A stretch of DNA of 64,000 nucleotides from a virus (IMGVR_UViG_3300028800_000074:1-64000), one strand, 5' to 3'; counted from the first letter of the stretch, positions 8,334-17,622 are shown. Made by a program: numbers and translations. The notes: generated by a model not told the origin, from the sequence alone.

Positions 8334-9368
8334 ATGTACGAGCGGGTCGACTTAAGGGATCGTGCGAGAGGGAAGTGGAAGTCGATCCTCGTGGCGCTCG
8401 GCATCCCCGAGTCCATCCTGACAACCAAGGGGTCGCCCTGCCCAATGTGCGGCGGCAAGGACCGCTTCAGTTGGTCTGATAAAGACTCGACGGGGAACTA
8501 TTTCTGCCACGGATGCGGGCCCGGGTCGGCGGTCACGCTCGTGATGAAGGTGAAGGGGGTGAACTTCACCGAGGCCGTGAGACTTATCGAGGGCACGCTC
8601 GGCGTCGCCAAGTTCTCACCGCCGAAGGCTGATCGTTCGACGCCGGAAGAGAAGGTCGAGCGCATGGCGGCTTTGTGGCGCAAGGCGAGGAAGCTCGACG
8701 GCAACGACCCTGCCTCGAAGTACCTCATCTCGCGCGGGATCACGAAGATGCCGCACTGGTCGGCGGTCCGGTGCCTGATGGAGACGGAGCACTACGCAGG
8801 ACGGATCAAATCGATAATGCCCGCGATGCTGTCTCGGTTCGTCGCACCGGACGGCCGGTCAGACACGTCGATGCTGCACGTGACCTACCTGACGATCAAT
8901 GGGGCCAAGGCCGACTTCGGCGACAGCCCGAACAAGAAGTTCATGCCGGGGTTTGTCCCGGCCGGTGGAGCGATAAGACTGTTCGAGGCTGAAGGCGATA
9001 CGCTCGGCGTAGCCGAGGGCGTCGAGACGGCGCTCAGCGCCTCCCAAATGTTCAACATACCGGTGTGGGCTTGCACTTCGACAGTGTGCTTGCTCAAATG
9101 GCTCCCGCCGAATCACATCAAGCGCGTCGTGATCTTTGCCGATACCGATGCGAATTTTGCCGGGATGTGCGCGGCGGCCAACCTCGCCAACAAGCTGTCC
9201 CTCCATCCGATCTCCATGCCAGAAGTCAAGGTCATGATGCTCACGCCGTCCATGGGGGTGAGCGAGTTCATCGGCGGGTCCGACGTGGCGGCGAAGGCCG
9301 ACTTCAACGACCGACTTCAGAGAGAGATCGAAAATGGAAGACCAAGCGCAACCGCAACCGCCGCCTGA
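8334..9368 (+). CDS. DNA primase (Zn ribbon + TOPRIM, P4-alpha/TraC type)
   Basis: CPMCGGKDRF..CHGCG zinc ribbon; VAEGVETALS and IFADTD TOPRIM motifs. Confidence 0.92.
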   Translation: MYERVDLRDRARGKWKSILVALGIPESILTTKGSPCPMCGGKDRFSWSDKDSTGNYFCHGCGPGSAVTLVMKVKGVNFTEAVRLIEGTLGVAKFSPPKADRSTPEEKVERMAALWRKARKLDGNDPASKYLISRGITKMPHWSAVRCLMETEHYAGRIKSIMPAMLSRFVAPDGRSDTSMLHVTYLTINGAKADFGDSPNKKFMPGFVPAGGAIRLFEAEGDTLGVAEGVETALSASQMFNIPVWACTSTVCLLKWLPPNHIKRVVIFADTDANFAGMCAAANLANKLSLHPISMPEVKVMMLTPSMGVSEFIGGSDVAAKADFNDRLQREIENGRPSATATAA

Positions 9369-9954
9369 GCAGGCCTTCGTCAAGTTCTGGTCGGACAACC
9401 CTCTGCCGGAAGGGTACTCGTTCGGAGGGAACGGCATCGTCATCCCGGTCGAGCTGGGAGAGCAGATGGTCGAGTCGTGGGTCGCGATCTCGTCGGCCCA
9501 GAAGGTGATCGACGTCGCCCACCGGTCGGCGCAGTCGCTGCTGATGGAAAGCATCCAGAAGCAGCAGAGGGCGTTCGAGACGGCGCTCGGAGCGCTCGGG
9601 GTCAACCTGATTCAGGCGCAGGGCATCGAGTACGACCGGACGACCCGCTCGCTCTACAAGCGGCCCCCGCCTCCGCCTCAGCCGATGCAGACGGGCGGCC
9701 CCCAGATGACACAGGGCCCGGCGATGGAGCCGACGCCGGAGCTGCTGGAAGCCCTCAGGAGGCGCGCTGAGGCCAGAGGGCTGTTCCCCCCTCAGGCGCA
9801 GCCCGGACCCCCGCCAGCGCCCGTCCCTGCGGTTCCTATGATCGACGGCAAGACTATCGAGGAATGGGCGGCGGAGGCGAAGGGGAAAGCTCCGGAGCAG
9901 ATCGAGGACGCGACAAACCGAGACAAGCAGATGGGCCTTGGGGCCTTGCGCTAG
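9334..9954 (+). CDS. hypothetical Pro/Gln-rich protein
   Basis: 206-aa ORF with GAGAGAG RBS; last gene of the rightward block. Confidence 0.7.
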   Translation: MEDQAQPQPPPEQAFVKFWSDNPLPEGYSFGGNGIVIPVELGEQMVESWVAISSAQKVIDVAHRSAQSLLMESIQKQQRAFETALGALGVNLIQAQGIEYDRTTRSLYKRPPPPPQPMQTGGPQMTQGPAMEPTPELLEALRRRAEARGLFPPQAQPGPPPAPVPAVPMIDGKTIEEWAAEAKGKAPEQIEDATNRDKQMGLGALR

Positions 9955-10043
9955 ATCAGTGAATGTGGTTCTCGTGTGCTTCCGCTGATTCTGGCGCGCT
10001 CGTTCCCTTTCCAGAGAGCATGCCGTCGGCGTCGTCAGCGGTG

Positions 10044-10074
10044 GACCCCCGGAGCTGCCCAGCATCCGGGGGTC
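10044..10074. terminator. GC-rich hairpin between convergent blocks
   Basis: GACCCCCGGA-11 nt-TCCGGGGGTC perfect 10-bp stem; only a weak U-tract. Confidence 0.5.
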
Positions 10075-10167
10075 TTGCATTTGAGGCCAGCGTGATCTTC
10101 GAGCGACGACCGGCGCGGGTACGCCGGTCGATCTTCGCCTCGGATGGCGTCCTACGGGTGCAACGGC

Positions 10168-11160
10168 TCACGCGCACGACTCAGCCTCCCGAACGATCAG
10201 CTCCGCAAACGAGTACGGACGCCGGTCCGCATCGTCTCCACCCGATAGGAAGTCAGGAGCTATGGCGGGAGGGTCGACGTCATGGGAGAAGTTCAGCGTC
10301 GACAGTGCATAGTTCTTCGCTGAAGCGATGCGGTCATGACGAGCTTTGTCGAAGCTGCCCTGAGCGCCCCAGATGTTCGGCTCGACGTTCCCGTACTCTC
10401 CGAGCGACGTCGTCCCTCCACGGGAGAAGGCGACCTTCTTGTGCTCGTCGAGCCATAGAGCGAGACCGGTAGCAGTATCGAATCGATGGAACGCGTTGTC
10501 GGCGAGACGGTGGACGTAGCCCTTTCCATCCCAGCAGAAATTGACGTCGTACTCGCACTCTTCAGAAAAGCCGTTCACCCATGGCGGGCACCATCGGTCA
10601 GAGAACGACAGAAGGCGGCGGCCACGAAGAGCCTCTTCGAGATCGACCTTGGTCTGCGTTCCTTGGCTCGTATCCTTGGCGACGAACCATTGGCCATCTC
10701 GGAAGCCCATGGCGTCCGGGTCGGCCGAGAGCGGAGGAAGGTATTTCCCGCCTCTCATGAGCCAGACGTAGGTGTATTCCTGACCGCAGTCGACGTCCCA
10801 CGCCTCAGCGAGCGACTCGTGGGCGCTGCCGGGGCAATCCTTCTCCTTCCGGTCGCGCATGTAGGCGCGACACTGAGAATAGATCGCCGAGTTCCTGCGC
10901 TCGAACTCGGCCTCGCTGATCTTCTTTGCGTGAAGTAGGTCGTAGAGCTTTCGACCGGCATCGAAGTCGACCTTCTTCCCGATCTCCCGACCGAGAGACG
11001 ACAGGTCGCCGAGAGCGACGAGCGCCTCGCACTTCTCCTGCGTGTCGTAATTGCCCCAGAGGATCAGCCCGTTGTGGCTGAGGTACCCGTCGCTGTGGCA
11101 ATATATGCGCTTGAACGTCCCGTCCCGGCGCTCGACGATTATGTTTGATCTCGTGCTCAT
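10168..11160 (-). CDS. hypothetical phage protein (YCHxDGY motif)
   Basis: MSTRSNI...IYCHSDGYLSHNG..L..NY...QEYTYVW pattern; GGAAAGGGAA RBS. Confidence 0.8.
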   Translation of the reverse strand: MSTRSNIIVERRDGTFKRIYCHSDGYLSHNGLILWGNYDTQEKCEALVALGDLSSLGREIGKKVDFDAGRKLYDLLHAKKISEAEFERRNSAIYSQCRAYMRDRKEKDCPGSAHESLAEAWDVDCGQEYTYVWLMRGGKYLPPLSADPDAMGFRDGQWFVAKDTSQGTQTKVDLEEALRGRRLLSFSDRWCPPWVNGFSEECEYDVNFCWDGKGYVHRLADNAFHRFDTATGLALWLDEHKKVAFSRGGTTSLGEYGNVEPNIWGAQGSFDKARHDRIASAKNYALSTLNFSHDVDPPAIAPDFLSGGDDADRRPYSFAELIVREAESCA

Positions 11161-11184
11161 GGTTGTTCCCTTTCCAGTGATGGT

Positions 11185-11236
11185 CTTGCCATCGTGGAAG
11201 GCGCGGTTCGCACCCCGCGCCCTCGGCGACATCAAG
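11185..11236 (-). repeat. intergenic hairpin element, copy 1
   Basis: CTTGCCATCGTGGAAGG..CCCTCGGCGAC.TCAAG shared with 14070-14116. Confidence 0.85.
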
Positions 11237-11474
11237 CGGCTTCGTCTCGAAGCCAGTCCGCCTTGCACAGCTCGGCGTTCCACCGGCAGACGACCGGCTC
11301 TTCGCTCTCGACCACGCCGCAATCGGCGGGAGCGGTCCAGACCATGAACCGGGCCCGGGCGCTCTTCAGCGCCTCGTCATGCGTGGCGTAGGCCTCGCCG
11401 TTGAGGCAGGGCCTCAGTGTCTTCCCGTCGGGGAGAAACTCGCCCTTGAAATAGAAACACGGTTTGAAGCTCAT
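11232..11474 (-). CDS. hypothetical phage protein
   Basis: 80-aa ORF with GGAG RBS in the leftward operon. Confidence 0.75.
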   Translation of the reverse strand: MSFKPCFYFKGEFLPDGKTLRPCLNGEAYATHDEALKSARARFMVWTAPADCGVVESEEPVVCRWNAELCKADWLRDEAA

Positions 11475-11477
11475 GGC

Positions 11478-11792
11478 TCACGCTCCTTCCAGCATCTGGG
11501 CCCAATCCTCGCCGTAATGTTCGACGACGAAAGCACGCGAGCCCTTTGTCCCGGCTTCAACCTCGGAGCGGGACGGTATCCGATTGCCCCAGTAGTCGAC
11601 CGCGTGGTCGAGCCCGAGCATGCACTGCCCGCACTCGATGGCGGCCATCATGGCGCGGCCGTAGCTGCCCTGAAGCGACCACATGCCGGAGTTGATGGCG
11701 CGTTGCAGCGCCATCACTTCCGCCTCGCCGCCGTCTTCGACGGTAGTCTCCCCTTCGAGCAGGAGAGCGTCTTCAAGAGTGAAGGCCGTCAC
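11478..11792 (-). CDS. hypothetical phage protein
   Basis: 104-aa ORF, AGGAGG RBS; LQRAINSGMWSLQGSYGRAM motif. Confidence 0.8.
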   Translation of the reverse strand: MTAFTLEDALLLEGETTVEDGGEAEVMALQRAINSGMWSLQGSYGRAMMAAIECGQCMLGLDHAVDYWGNRIPSRSEVEAGTKGSRAFVVEHYGEDWAQMLEGA

Positions 11793-12810
11793 GGCGATCC
11801 TCCTTGCTCGCGGTCCTACGGATAAGCTCGTTGGCGAGATCGTCTGTGTTCACGCCGCTCGCGAACTTTTCCATCAGCTCTTCCTCCGTGACGTCGATGC
11901 CGAACGACTTGAGCATCCCCATCAGTGCGTTATGAAGGGGGTCCTCCTTGACCTTTTTTAGGGTAGCGATCATCTGAAGTCGCTTAGACGCCTCGATTGC
12001 GTTGTAGGAGCTTGCGTAGACCTCGATGATCTCTTCCCGGGTGAGAAGACCGCCCTGTAGGAGGACTTTGCCTCTCTCCGAGTTGAGCATGTTGGCCGCA
12101 AGGACCCGGCGTTCGGTCAGCCAGTTCTCGCGGCCGATCTCGGCTTCGCGCTTACGGTTATGGCGCTCATGCCTAGCCGCGATGGTCTCGATGAGGTCGT
12201 CAAGCTCGGACTTCTCGCGGCTCTCTCCGATCCTCACCTCTTGTTCGACCTCGGCGATAACGCCGTCTCCGAGTTCGATCTTCTCGCCGGGCTTAAGGGC
12301 GGAGGCCTTCTCAAGGAACGGTTCGAGGGAGTCGTCGGCTGAGAGGCCAAGCGCTTCACGCAGTCCAGCTTCACCGCCCGGTCCCAAGACCTTGAAGGTC
12401 GAGACCTTGCCGCCGTCGCCAGCGTCTTCGCCGGTAAGCGTCATGAAGAGGTCGAACAGGTCGTCGCTGCCGAGATGCTTTATGAACTCGGTAACGGGGC
12501 CAGCGTTCGGAGCGAAGGCCTCGATCAGCGCTACATCGATGTTGCCATCGACGAACTGCTGAACGAGCTTGTCGGCCTTGTCGCCCTTTCCATCCTTTCG
12601 GAGGGCGTCGATCTTGGTGACGACCGCGCCCTTTGCGGCGTCGCACAGACCCGAGGCCCACACTTCGACCCAGTCGCGCTTGGTCAGCTCGATGTCTTCG
12701 AGAGTGTTCTTCGCAGCGACCTTGGCGTCGGTAAGGAAGGCCTCCGCCTCGGCTCGTCGCTTGGCGCACGATCTGAGGTACGCGGCCTGTCTTGTTGCTC
12801 TATCTTTCAT
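11773..12810 (-). CDS. hypothetical acidic helical protein
   Basis: 345-aa ORF from ATG 12810 with GGAAAGGGAA RBS. Confidence 0.75.
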   Translation of the reverse strand: MKDRATRQAAYLRSCAKRRAEAEAFLTDAKVAAKNTLEDIELTKRDWVEVWASGLCDAAKGAVVTKIDALRKDGKGDKADKLVQQFVDGNIDVALIEAFAPNAGPVTEFIKHLGSDDLFDLFMTLTGEDAGDGGKVSTFKVLGPGGEAGLREALGLSADDSLEPFLEKASALKPGEKIELGDGVIAEVEQEVRIGESREKSELDDLIETIAARHERHNRKREAEIGRENWLTERRVLAANMLNSERGKVLLQGGLLTREEIIEVYASSYNAIEASKRLQMIATLKKVKEDPLHNALMGMLKSFGIDVTEEELMEKFASGVNTDDLANELIRRTASKEDRRDGLHS

Positions 12811-12839
12811 GGTTTCAAGTTCCCTTTCCAAATGAAGCC

Positions 12840-13082
12840 TTAAGTGGCTTCGGGCGCGCGAGCTTGGGATCGCGCCTCCGAAACCGCTCTCCTGAGCAGA
12901 GCACGTAGGTTCAATGCCGAGCGCCTGTCGGACGGCGTTATGCTTGTGTGCAACGTGGTGATGAACCGGCCGTCTATCTCGATATCGAGATGGAGCGACC
13001 GACGACCGAAGCGCACGCCTACTGAACAACCCTCAGCCTCCGCCATGCGCTTCAGCTCGCTCACGTACTTGTTGATCCCCAT
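12840..13082 (-). CDS. HicA-like small protein
   Basis: GCSV...HL.....TPSDRRSALNLRALLRR resembles phage HicA-fold proteins; no HicB neighbour. Confidence 0.5.
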   Translation of the reverse strand: MGINKYVSELKRMAEAEGCSVGVRFGRRSLHLDIEIDGRFITTLHTSITPSDRRSALNLRALLRRAVSEARSQARAPEAT

Positions 13083-13134
13083 GGCGGTGGTCCGAAGCTG
13101 GGGCGGATTGCTCCGCCCCCTTGTCGGCCTCCTT

Positions 13135-14037
13135 TCACGCGGCCTGCCTGATCTTCGCCATTTCCTCCGCAAGAACCCAGAGGGCCTTGTTGAGCCTCAC
13201 GTCCTGATCGATCCCCTTGATCGCGCGGGTGGTGACCCGGCGCTCACGGTTGTTGGCGTCCCGGCCGATGCCGACCACGCCGCCCTTGATCGCGTTCTCC
13301 TGAACGACGTTGAAGACGTTCCAGAGGTTCGGGTTCGTGTCGACGGCGCGGCGAGGGATCAGGAGGGTCTCCGGATCGATAGCCTGAGCCGCAAGGCCGT
13401 CCTGATCTTCGAACCGAAGAACGTGGGCCGCCTTGGCAAACGCCTTCCGTTCCTCACCGACCAGATTGATGCGAGACCATTGATCGGGTGCGACGAGGGC
13501 CTTCTCGGCTTCCGTCAGCACGCGATACGTGCCCTCGATCACTTTGTCCTGCACGTTGCCGACGTGCCCGACCTTGACCTCGTCGATGGTGGCTGTCTTC
13601 ACGACCAGCGAGTTGTCGCAGGCCACACGGAACAGACCGGCCATCAGGCAGTATCGAGCGGTGCCGTCGTTAGCGTTCTTGAGCAGCGCCTCGACCGTCG
13701 TGTCGCCGACGCTCGGACGTTTGTCGTCGAGCCTGCGAAGGCGGATAAGGTGCTTGGTGAAGTCCGCCTTGCCCGGCTCCCGAGTTACCGCCTGCCGAAC
13801 CGCGACGGGGAAGAACCCCTCGTTGGCGAGGCCGCGAAGTATCTCGATGGTCGGGATCGGTCGGAAGCGCTCGGACCGGCTCTCGTGAGCCTCGGTGGCG
13901 AAGATCGAGGGAGCGGCTTTCCGCATCTCGTCTTCGGTCAGGGCTCGCGCGGTGCTGAACCGTGCGTTCGGGCTATATGTTCCGTTGATGTCGTTGAACC
14001 CGCGATTGGTGTCGTGCGGTCTGAAGTTGAAAGTCAT
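13135..14037 (-). CDS. DUF932 (DUF945/YubP-like) protein
   Basis: APSIFATEAHESRSERF..IPTIEIL, FTKHLIRLRR, NANDGT...AGLFRVACDN, LWNVFNVVQEN. Confidence 0.9.
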   Translation of the reverse strand: MTFNFRPHDTNRGFNDINGTYSPNARFSTARALTEDEMRKAAPSIFATEAHESRSERFRPIPTIEILRGLANEGFFPVAVRQAVTREPGKADFTKHLIRLRRLDDKRPSVGDTTVEALLKNANDGTARYCLMAGLFRVACDNSLVVKTATIDEVKVGHVGNVQDKVIEGTYRVLTEAEKALVAPDQWSRINLVGEERKAFAKAAHVLRFEDQDGLAAQAIDPETLLIPRRAVDTNPNLWNVFNVVQENAIKGGVVGIGRDANNRERRVTTRAIKGIDQDVRLNKALWVLAEEMAKIRQAA

Positions 14038-14069
14038 TTCGGTTCCTCTCTCTGAGTTGACGGCTTCTT

Positions 14070-14116
14070 CTTGCCATCGTGGAAGGGGCGACACGCGCCC
14101 CCTCGGCGACGTCAAG
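14070..14116 (-). repeat. intergenic hairpin element, copy 2
   Basis: Same outer sequence as 11185-11236 with a different inner stem. Confidence 0.85.
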
Positions 14117-14462
14117 CTGTCCCGCGAGCTTCGTCGATCTTGCTGATGATCTCGTCGAACTTGCCATCGACATTGTCGAGCGCATCGATGGCCTCGGTGA
14201 TCTCGTCCACCATGCCATCGACCTCGTCGAGCGCATCGATGGCCTCCTGCGCCGTGCTGCCCTTATCGCCGTTCTGGATCGACTCCGGCATGCCGTCGTA
14301 ATACTCCTGCTCTTCGTCCCTCGGGCCGGACACCAAATCCTTGAGGCCCTCTATCTCTTCCCTCAGGCCGTTGAGCGGTCCGACGAGTTCGCTCACCTTG
14401 GCCTTGAGCGCCTCGACGGCGTCTATGACCTCGCCGAGAGCTTTCCTGCGTTCCTTGTTCAT
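14112..14462 (-). CDS. coiled-coil phage early protein
   Basis: MNKERRK...EEQEYYDGMPESIQNGDKG pattern; AGGAAGG RBS. Confidence 0.8.
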   Translation of the reverse strand: MNKERRKALGEVIDAVEALKAKVSELVGPLNGLREEIEGLKDLVSGPRDEEQEYYDGMPESIQNGDKGSTAQEAIDALDEVDGMVDEITEAIDALDNVDGKFDEIISKIDEARGTA

Positions 14463-14587
14463 GGCCTTCCTTTCGTTGAACGCCCGCCCTTCCCAATCGG
14501 CCTTGCAAAGCATGTCAGGTGTCCGACTGTTTGGGACTTCAGGGCGGGCCGTTCGTCTTGCACACCATATGGCCCCGCCTAGATCGG

Positions 14588-14656
14588 GCGCAAGGGGAAA
14601 AATCAACACGCGTGTTACATTTTTCTCTTGACGCCGGGAGCGCCTTCCCCATATTG
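14588..14656. promoter_or_regulatory. divergent promoters with palindromic operator AACACGCGTGTT
   Basis: Rightward TTGACG-17 nt-CATATT; leftward TTGCGC..CATAT; perfect 12-bp palindrome at 14605-14616. Confidence 0.7.
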
Positions 14657-14661
14657 GCGGC

Positions 14662-14877
14662 ATGAAATTCACACCGAACGAGATCAAACTGCTGGTCGGG
14701 GCGCTTCGCCGGTCAGCGGACGAGTACGCGGAGCAGACTGAAGACGCCGCCTCCGTGCATGTGCGCTTCGAGTTCAGGCGCAATGCGCGAGAAGCTCGAA
14801 GGCTCGCCGACCTAATCGAGGCGTCCTTGGGCGACACGGATGAAGGGGCGTCAGCCCCCTCGGGAGGAAGCATATGA
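14662..14877 (+). CDS. hypothetical protein (possibly leaderless)
   Basis: ATG about 6 nt after the -10 box; coupled to the next ORF. Confidence 0.65.
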   Translation: MKFTPNEIKLLVGALRRSADEYAEQTEDAASVHVRFEFRRNAREARRLADLIEASLGDTDEGASAPSGGSI

Positions 14878-15119
14878 GAAAGTTCACCTGCAACGGCGCG
14901 ACCACTCAGGCGCGCGACATCACGGAAGCCGCTGGGCACTTCGCTCAACTGGCCGCCTTCGACCACTACGGAGAGGACGGCCTCTCACCGCTGCGCTTTA
15001 TGTGCAGGGTGGCTGGCGATGAGACGTCGGCCCGGTATGCCGCGCCAATAGGCGTCATGGAGTTCACCGGATCGACGAGAGGTCCGTGGATCAACCTCGA
15101 CGTACAGGAGGTCGCGTGA
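14874..15119 (+). CDS. hypothetical protein
   Basis: GGAGG RBS, 4-nt overlaps. Confidence 0.65.
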   Translation: MRKFTCNGATTQARDITEAAGHFAQLAAFDHYGEDGLSPLRFMCRVAGDETSARYAAPIGVMEFTGSTRGPWINLDVQEVA

Positions 15120-15307
15120 AGCAGACCTTCACAGTCAACGCCTATGACCGCAAGCTCAAAGACCGTCGCATGGTCACAGTGAGCGTCGACGCGGACCTGA
15201 TGGGCATAGCCAAGTCGCTTGCCCACAAGGCGCTCAACAACAAGAGCGGCAAGAGCAAGTACCTCGGCGGGCTCGTTGAGATCACCCTCGTCAAGGAGGC
15301 GAAGTGA
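15116..15307 (+). CDS. hypothetical protein
   Basis: AGGAGG RBS, GTGA coupling. Confidence 0.65.
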   Translation: MKQTFTVNAYDRKLKDRRMVTVSVDADLMGIAKSLAHKALNNKSGKSKYLGGLVEITLVKEAK

Positions 15308-15489
15308 GACAGAGCGTCAGCCGCCTTCGAGGCGCGATCAGCCGGGCGACCGGGCGCAGCTACCGCATCGACGTCGATAAGCTCGACGAAGTGAGCGTGG
15401 CCGAGTTCGAGCGCCTGTTGCGCGATATGGAATACGACAGCATGGCGCGAGCGCGCCGTGCGCAGACAATGCCGTGGAGGAGACCGTGA
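15304..15489 (+). CDS. hypothetical protein
   Basis: AGGAGG RBS, GTGA coupling. Confidence 0.65.
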   Translation: MRQSVSRLRGAISRATGRSYRIDVDKLDEVSVAEFERLLRDMEYDSMARARRAQTMPWRRP

Positions 15490-15550
15490 GCTGCGGCAAG
15501 TGCGACGAGCTGGTCGTCCTGCCAGCTCGCCTTAACGCGAGGAGACCGCG

Positions 15551-15691
15551 ATGACCCGGACTGGATCGATGCGCGTGACGAAGAAGACTTGGTACGCGCA
15601 GGGCGGGTTCGCCAATTCGAAGTGCTGGCGTCGTCAGGGCCGAAACGGCGGATGGTGCTACTACATCGTCGTTGACCGATGGGTGGACTGA
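15551..15691 (+). CDS. small hypothetical protein (46 aa)
   Basis: Read by hand: AGGAG RBS, MTRTGSMRVTKKTWYAQGGFANSKCWRRQGRNGGWCYY. Confidence 0.55.
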   Translation: MTRTGSMRVTKKTWYAQGGFANSKCWRRQGRNGGWCYYIVVDRWVD

Positions 15692-15888
15692 AGATGACCC
15701 CGTTGAGAGCTTTCAGGCTAGCGACCTTCGCCATGCTCGGCCTCGCACTGGCCGCCTCCTATCGGGCCGATCAGATAGCGACTGAGCGAGGGGTCATGGA
15801 CGGCTTCGTGCCCATGTTCCCATTTGCGGTCGGCGCAGCGTGCGTGATCGCGCTCTTCAATCTGCTCTTCGTCTGGGGGAAAAAATGA
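15679..15888 (+). CDS. small two-TM membrane protein
   Basis: Two hydrophobic stretches; start may be 15694. Confidence 0.6.
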   Translation: MGGLKMTPLRAFRLATFAMLGLALAASYRADQIATERGVMDGFVPMFPFAVGAACVIALFNLLFVWGKK

Positions 15889-16079
15889 CCACCATTCGAA
15901 ATGTGCCTGTCCATCGGGACGGCAAGACATATCGCGTCGCGTTCGAGACGAGGCTCTCCCCTCCAAAGCCTCTCGGAGTTTTTCTCAATAACCGTCGCGC
16001 TGGAGAGCGACCAATCAATCCAATCGGCCCAACGGGCAGGTTCGTGATTGCAGCGGCTCGCTCGGCCCTAAAGGCATGA
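15885..16079 (+). CDS. hypothetical protein
   Basis: ATGA-coupled ORF MTTIRNVPVHRDGKTYRV. Confidence 0.55.
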   Translation: MTTIRNVPVHRDGKTYRVAFETRLSPPKPLGVFLNNRRAGERPINPIGPTGRFVIAAARSALKA

Positions 16080-16100
16080 TATTGTCCACCCCGAATCATC

Positions 16101-16769
16101 ATGCCCGACGGATCAGCACTTGCCGCCATTCTCGCCGCCCCGCGTCAGTGGCGGCTTCTTCGCGTTGCTCCGAACTGCGAGGCCAAGGTAGCCGCCCGGT
16201 GCGAGGCGCTCGGTATCGAGGCCTTCTACCCGAAGGGCTCAAGGATGGCCTTGGGAGGCCGCAGGCTGCGCACGAACACGGTGCTCATGGTCACCCGCCC
16301 GGTGATGGCCGGATACGTCTTCGTGAGCCTCGTGAACGGCAAGGAGCATTTCTCGATCTTCCAGCCGGACCGGAACTACCGGGACAGGCCCGCGCCAATG
16401 CTCGACGTCGTCGTCGGCTCGCCGGTCTACGGGCCGCATGTCGTCAAGACGCCGCCTGTGGACGGATCGCTCGGCTTCGTGTCTGGTCCGCTGGGTCCGA
16501 AAATCGTAGACCGGATCATAGTCCTCGACCTCCAGTTGCGCGAGCAGGCCGGAGAGTTCGACGAGATCGTGCTGGCACCCGGTGGGCGCTTCTATGTGCC
16601 ACGCTGGATCAAGCGCGGTGCAGTTTGCGACGTCGTCGTGGGACCGTTCTCCGAGCAGCGATGCGAGATCAGAAAGATCAGAAACTCAAACGCCGTGGAC
16701 GTCTCGATGCAGGGACGCTGGCGCGGGCGAGTGACGCTCCCCATCGACTACCTCAGGAGGATTGAATGA
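16101..16769 (+). CDS. NusG/RfaH-family transcription antiterminator
   Basis: WRLLRVAPNCEAKV...GIEAFYP...PVMAGYVFV NGN domain; RGAVCDVVVGPFS KOW motif. Confidence 0.85.
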   Translation: MPDGSALAAILAAPRQWRLLRVAPNCEAKVAARCEALGIEAFYPKGSRMALGGRRLRTNTVLMVTRPVMAGYVFVSLVNGKEHFSIFQPDRNYRDRPAPMLDVVVGSPVYGPHVVKTPPVDGSLGFVSGPLGPKIVDRIIVLDLQLREQAGEFDEIVLAPGGRFYVPRWIKRGAVCDVVVGPFSEQRCEIRKIRNSNAVDVSMQGRWRGRVTLPIDYLRRIE

Positions 16770-16999
16770 GGTTCTTTCTAGACAAGCCTCCAAAGCCCAC
16801 GACGCCGGTCAAGCGTCCTGTGCCGGAAGAAGAAGTCCGGCATGTACGCAGGTCGCCAAAGCCACGCCCGCTTGACGGAGCGCTGAGGCGTCAGATGCTC
16901 ATCGAGGTAGCGCGCGGTCCGAGAGCGAACGCCGGGGCAGGATGGAACGCATGGGCAAACCACGGGCCAGACGCATACGAGCCGCAAGAGGAAAGCTGA
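16766..16999 (+). CDS. hypothetical protein
   Basis: AGGAGG RBS, ATGA coupling. Confidence 0.6.
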   Translation: MRFFLDKPPKPTTPVKRPVPEEEVRHVRRSPKPRPLDGALRRQMLIEVARGPRANAGAGWNAWANHGPDAYEPQEES

Positions 17000-17000
17000 G

Positions 17001-17312
17001 ATGGAGCCGACACCCCCAACGCCGGAAGAGCAGGCGCAGTTCGAGCGCTACCTGATCGCCGCGCACGCGGTCCAGAGCGGCGTCGCCGCGCTCATGAAGC
17101 TTGATCCCAAGCTGGTCGAAGAAAAGCATATGCGGACCGGTATCGACATGCAGAAGGCAGAGATGGCTGGCTTTGCCGATCTGTTGATCAACAAGGGCGT
17201 CTTCACCCGGCTCGAATACATGACCGCCATGGCCAATGCCGCAGAAGACGAGAAGGCCCGCTACGAGGCGGCGGTCTCGGAGAAGTGGGGTAAGCCGGTG
17301 ACGCTGGCATGA
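17001..17312 (+). CDS. hypothetical phage protein
   Basis: 103-aa ORF; AHAVQSGVA..KHMRTGID..LLINKGVFT. Confidence 0.75.
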   Translation: MEPTPPTPEEQAQFERYLIAAHAVQSGVAALMKLDPKLVEEKHMRTGIDMQKAEMAGFADLLINKGVFTRLEYMTAMANAAEDEKARYEAAVSEKWGKPVTLA

Positions 17313-17509
17313 GCCTTGAGGATCAATTCGCAGCGATCCAGAAAGAGGAGGCGGAGCGCTGGGGATCGCTGGAGAACCTTCGTCTTAGAAGGTTGCTAGA
17401 AGGGGCCCTGTGCGCCTGCTGCGGCGAGCCAATAGCTGACGCCAACGACGCCTTCGACGCTGAAGAAGGGACGGTCCATAAAGCCTGCCTCGCCAGCGAT
17501 GGAGCTTGA
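17309..17509 (+). CDS. small Zn-finger-like protein
   Basis: CACCGEPI...HKAC. Confidence 0.65.
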   Translation: MSLEDQFAAIQKEEAERWGSLENLRLRRLLEGALCACCGEPIADANDAFDAEEGTVHKACLASDGA

Positions 17510-17622
17510 CGAAATCCAGAAAAACGCTCTAAGCGGGTAGTGCGTCACCCGAAGTGATTCGGGTCCGGGTCCGTGGCGCACGGCGGGGAGCGGCGAGCGA
17601 TTACGCCCGATGCCTCTGTAAC

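Noticed and set aside
17535-17620. Possible tRNA or tmRNA in the gap before terS
   Set aside because: No cloverleaf or TTC T-loop consensus; better explained as a late leader
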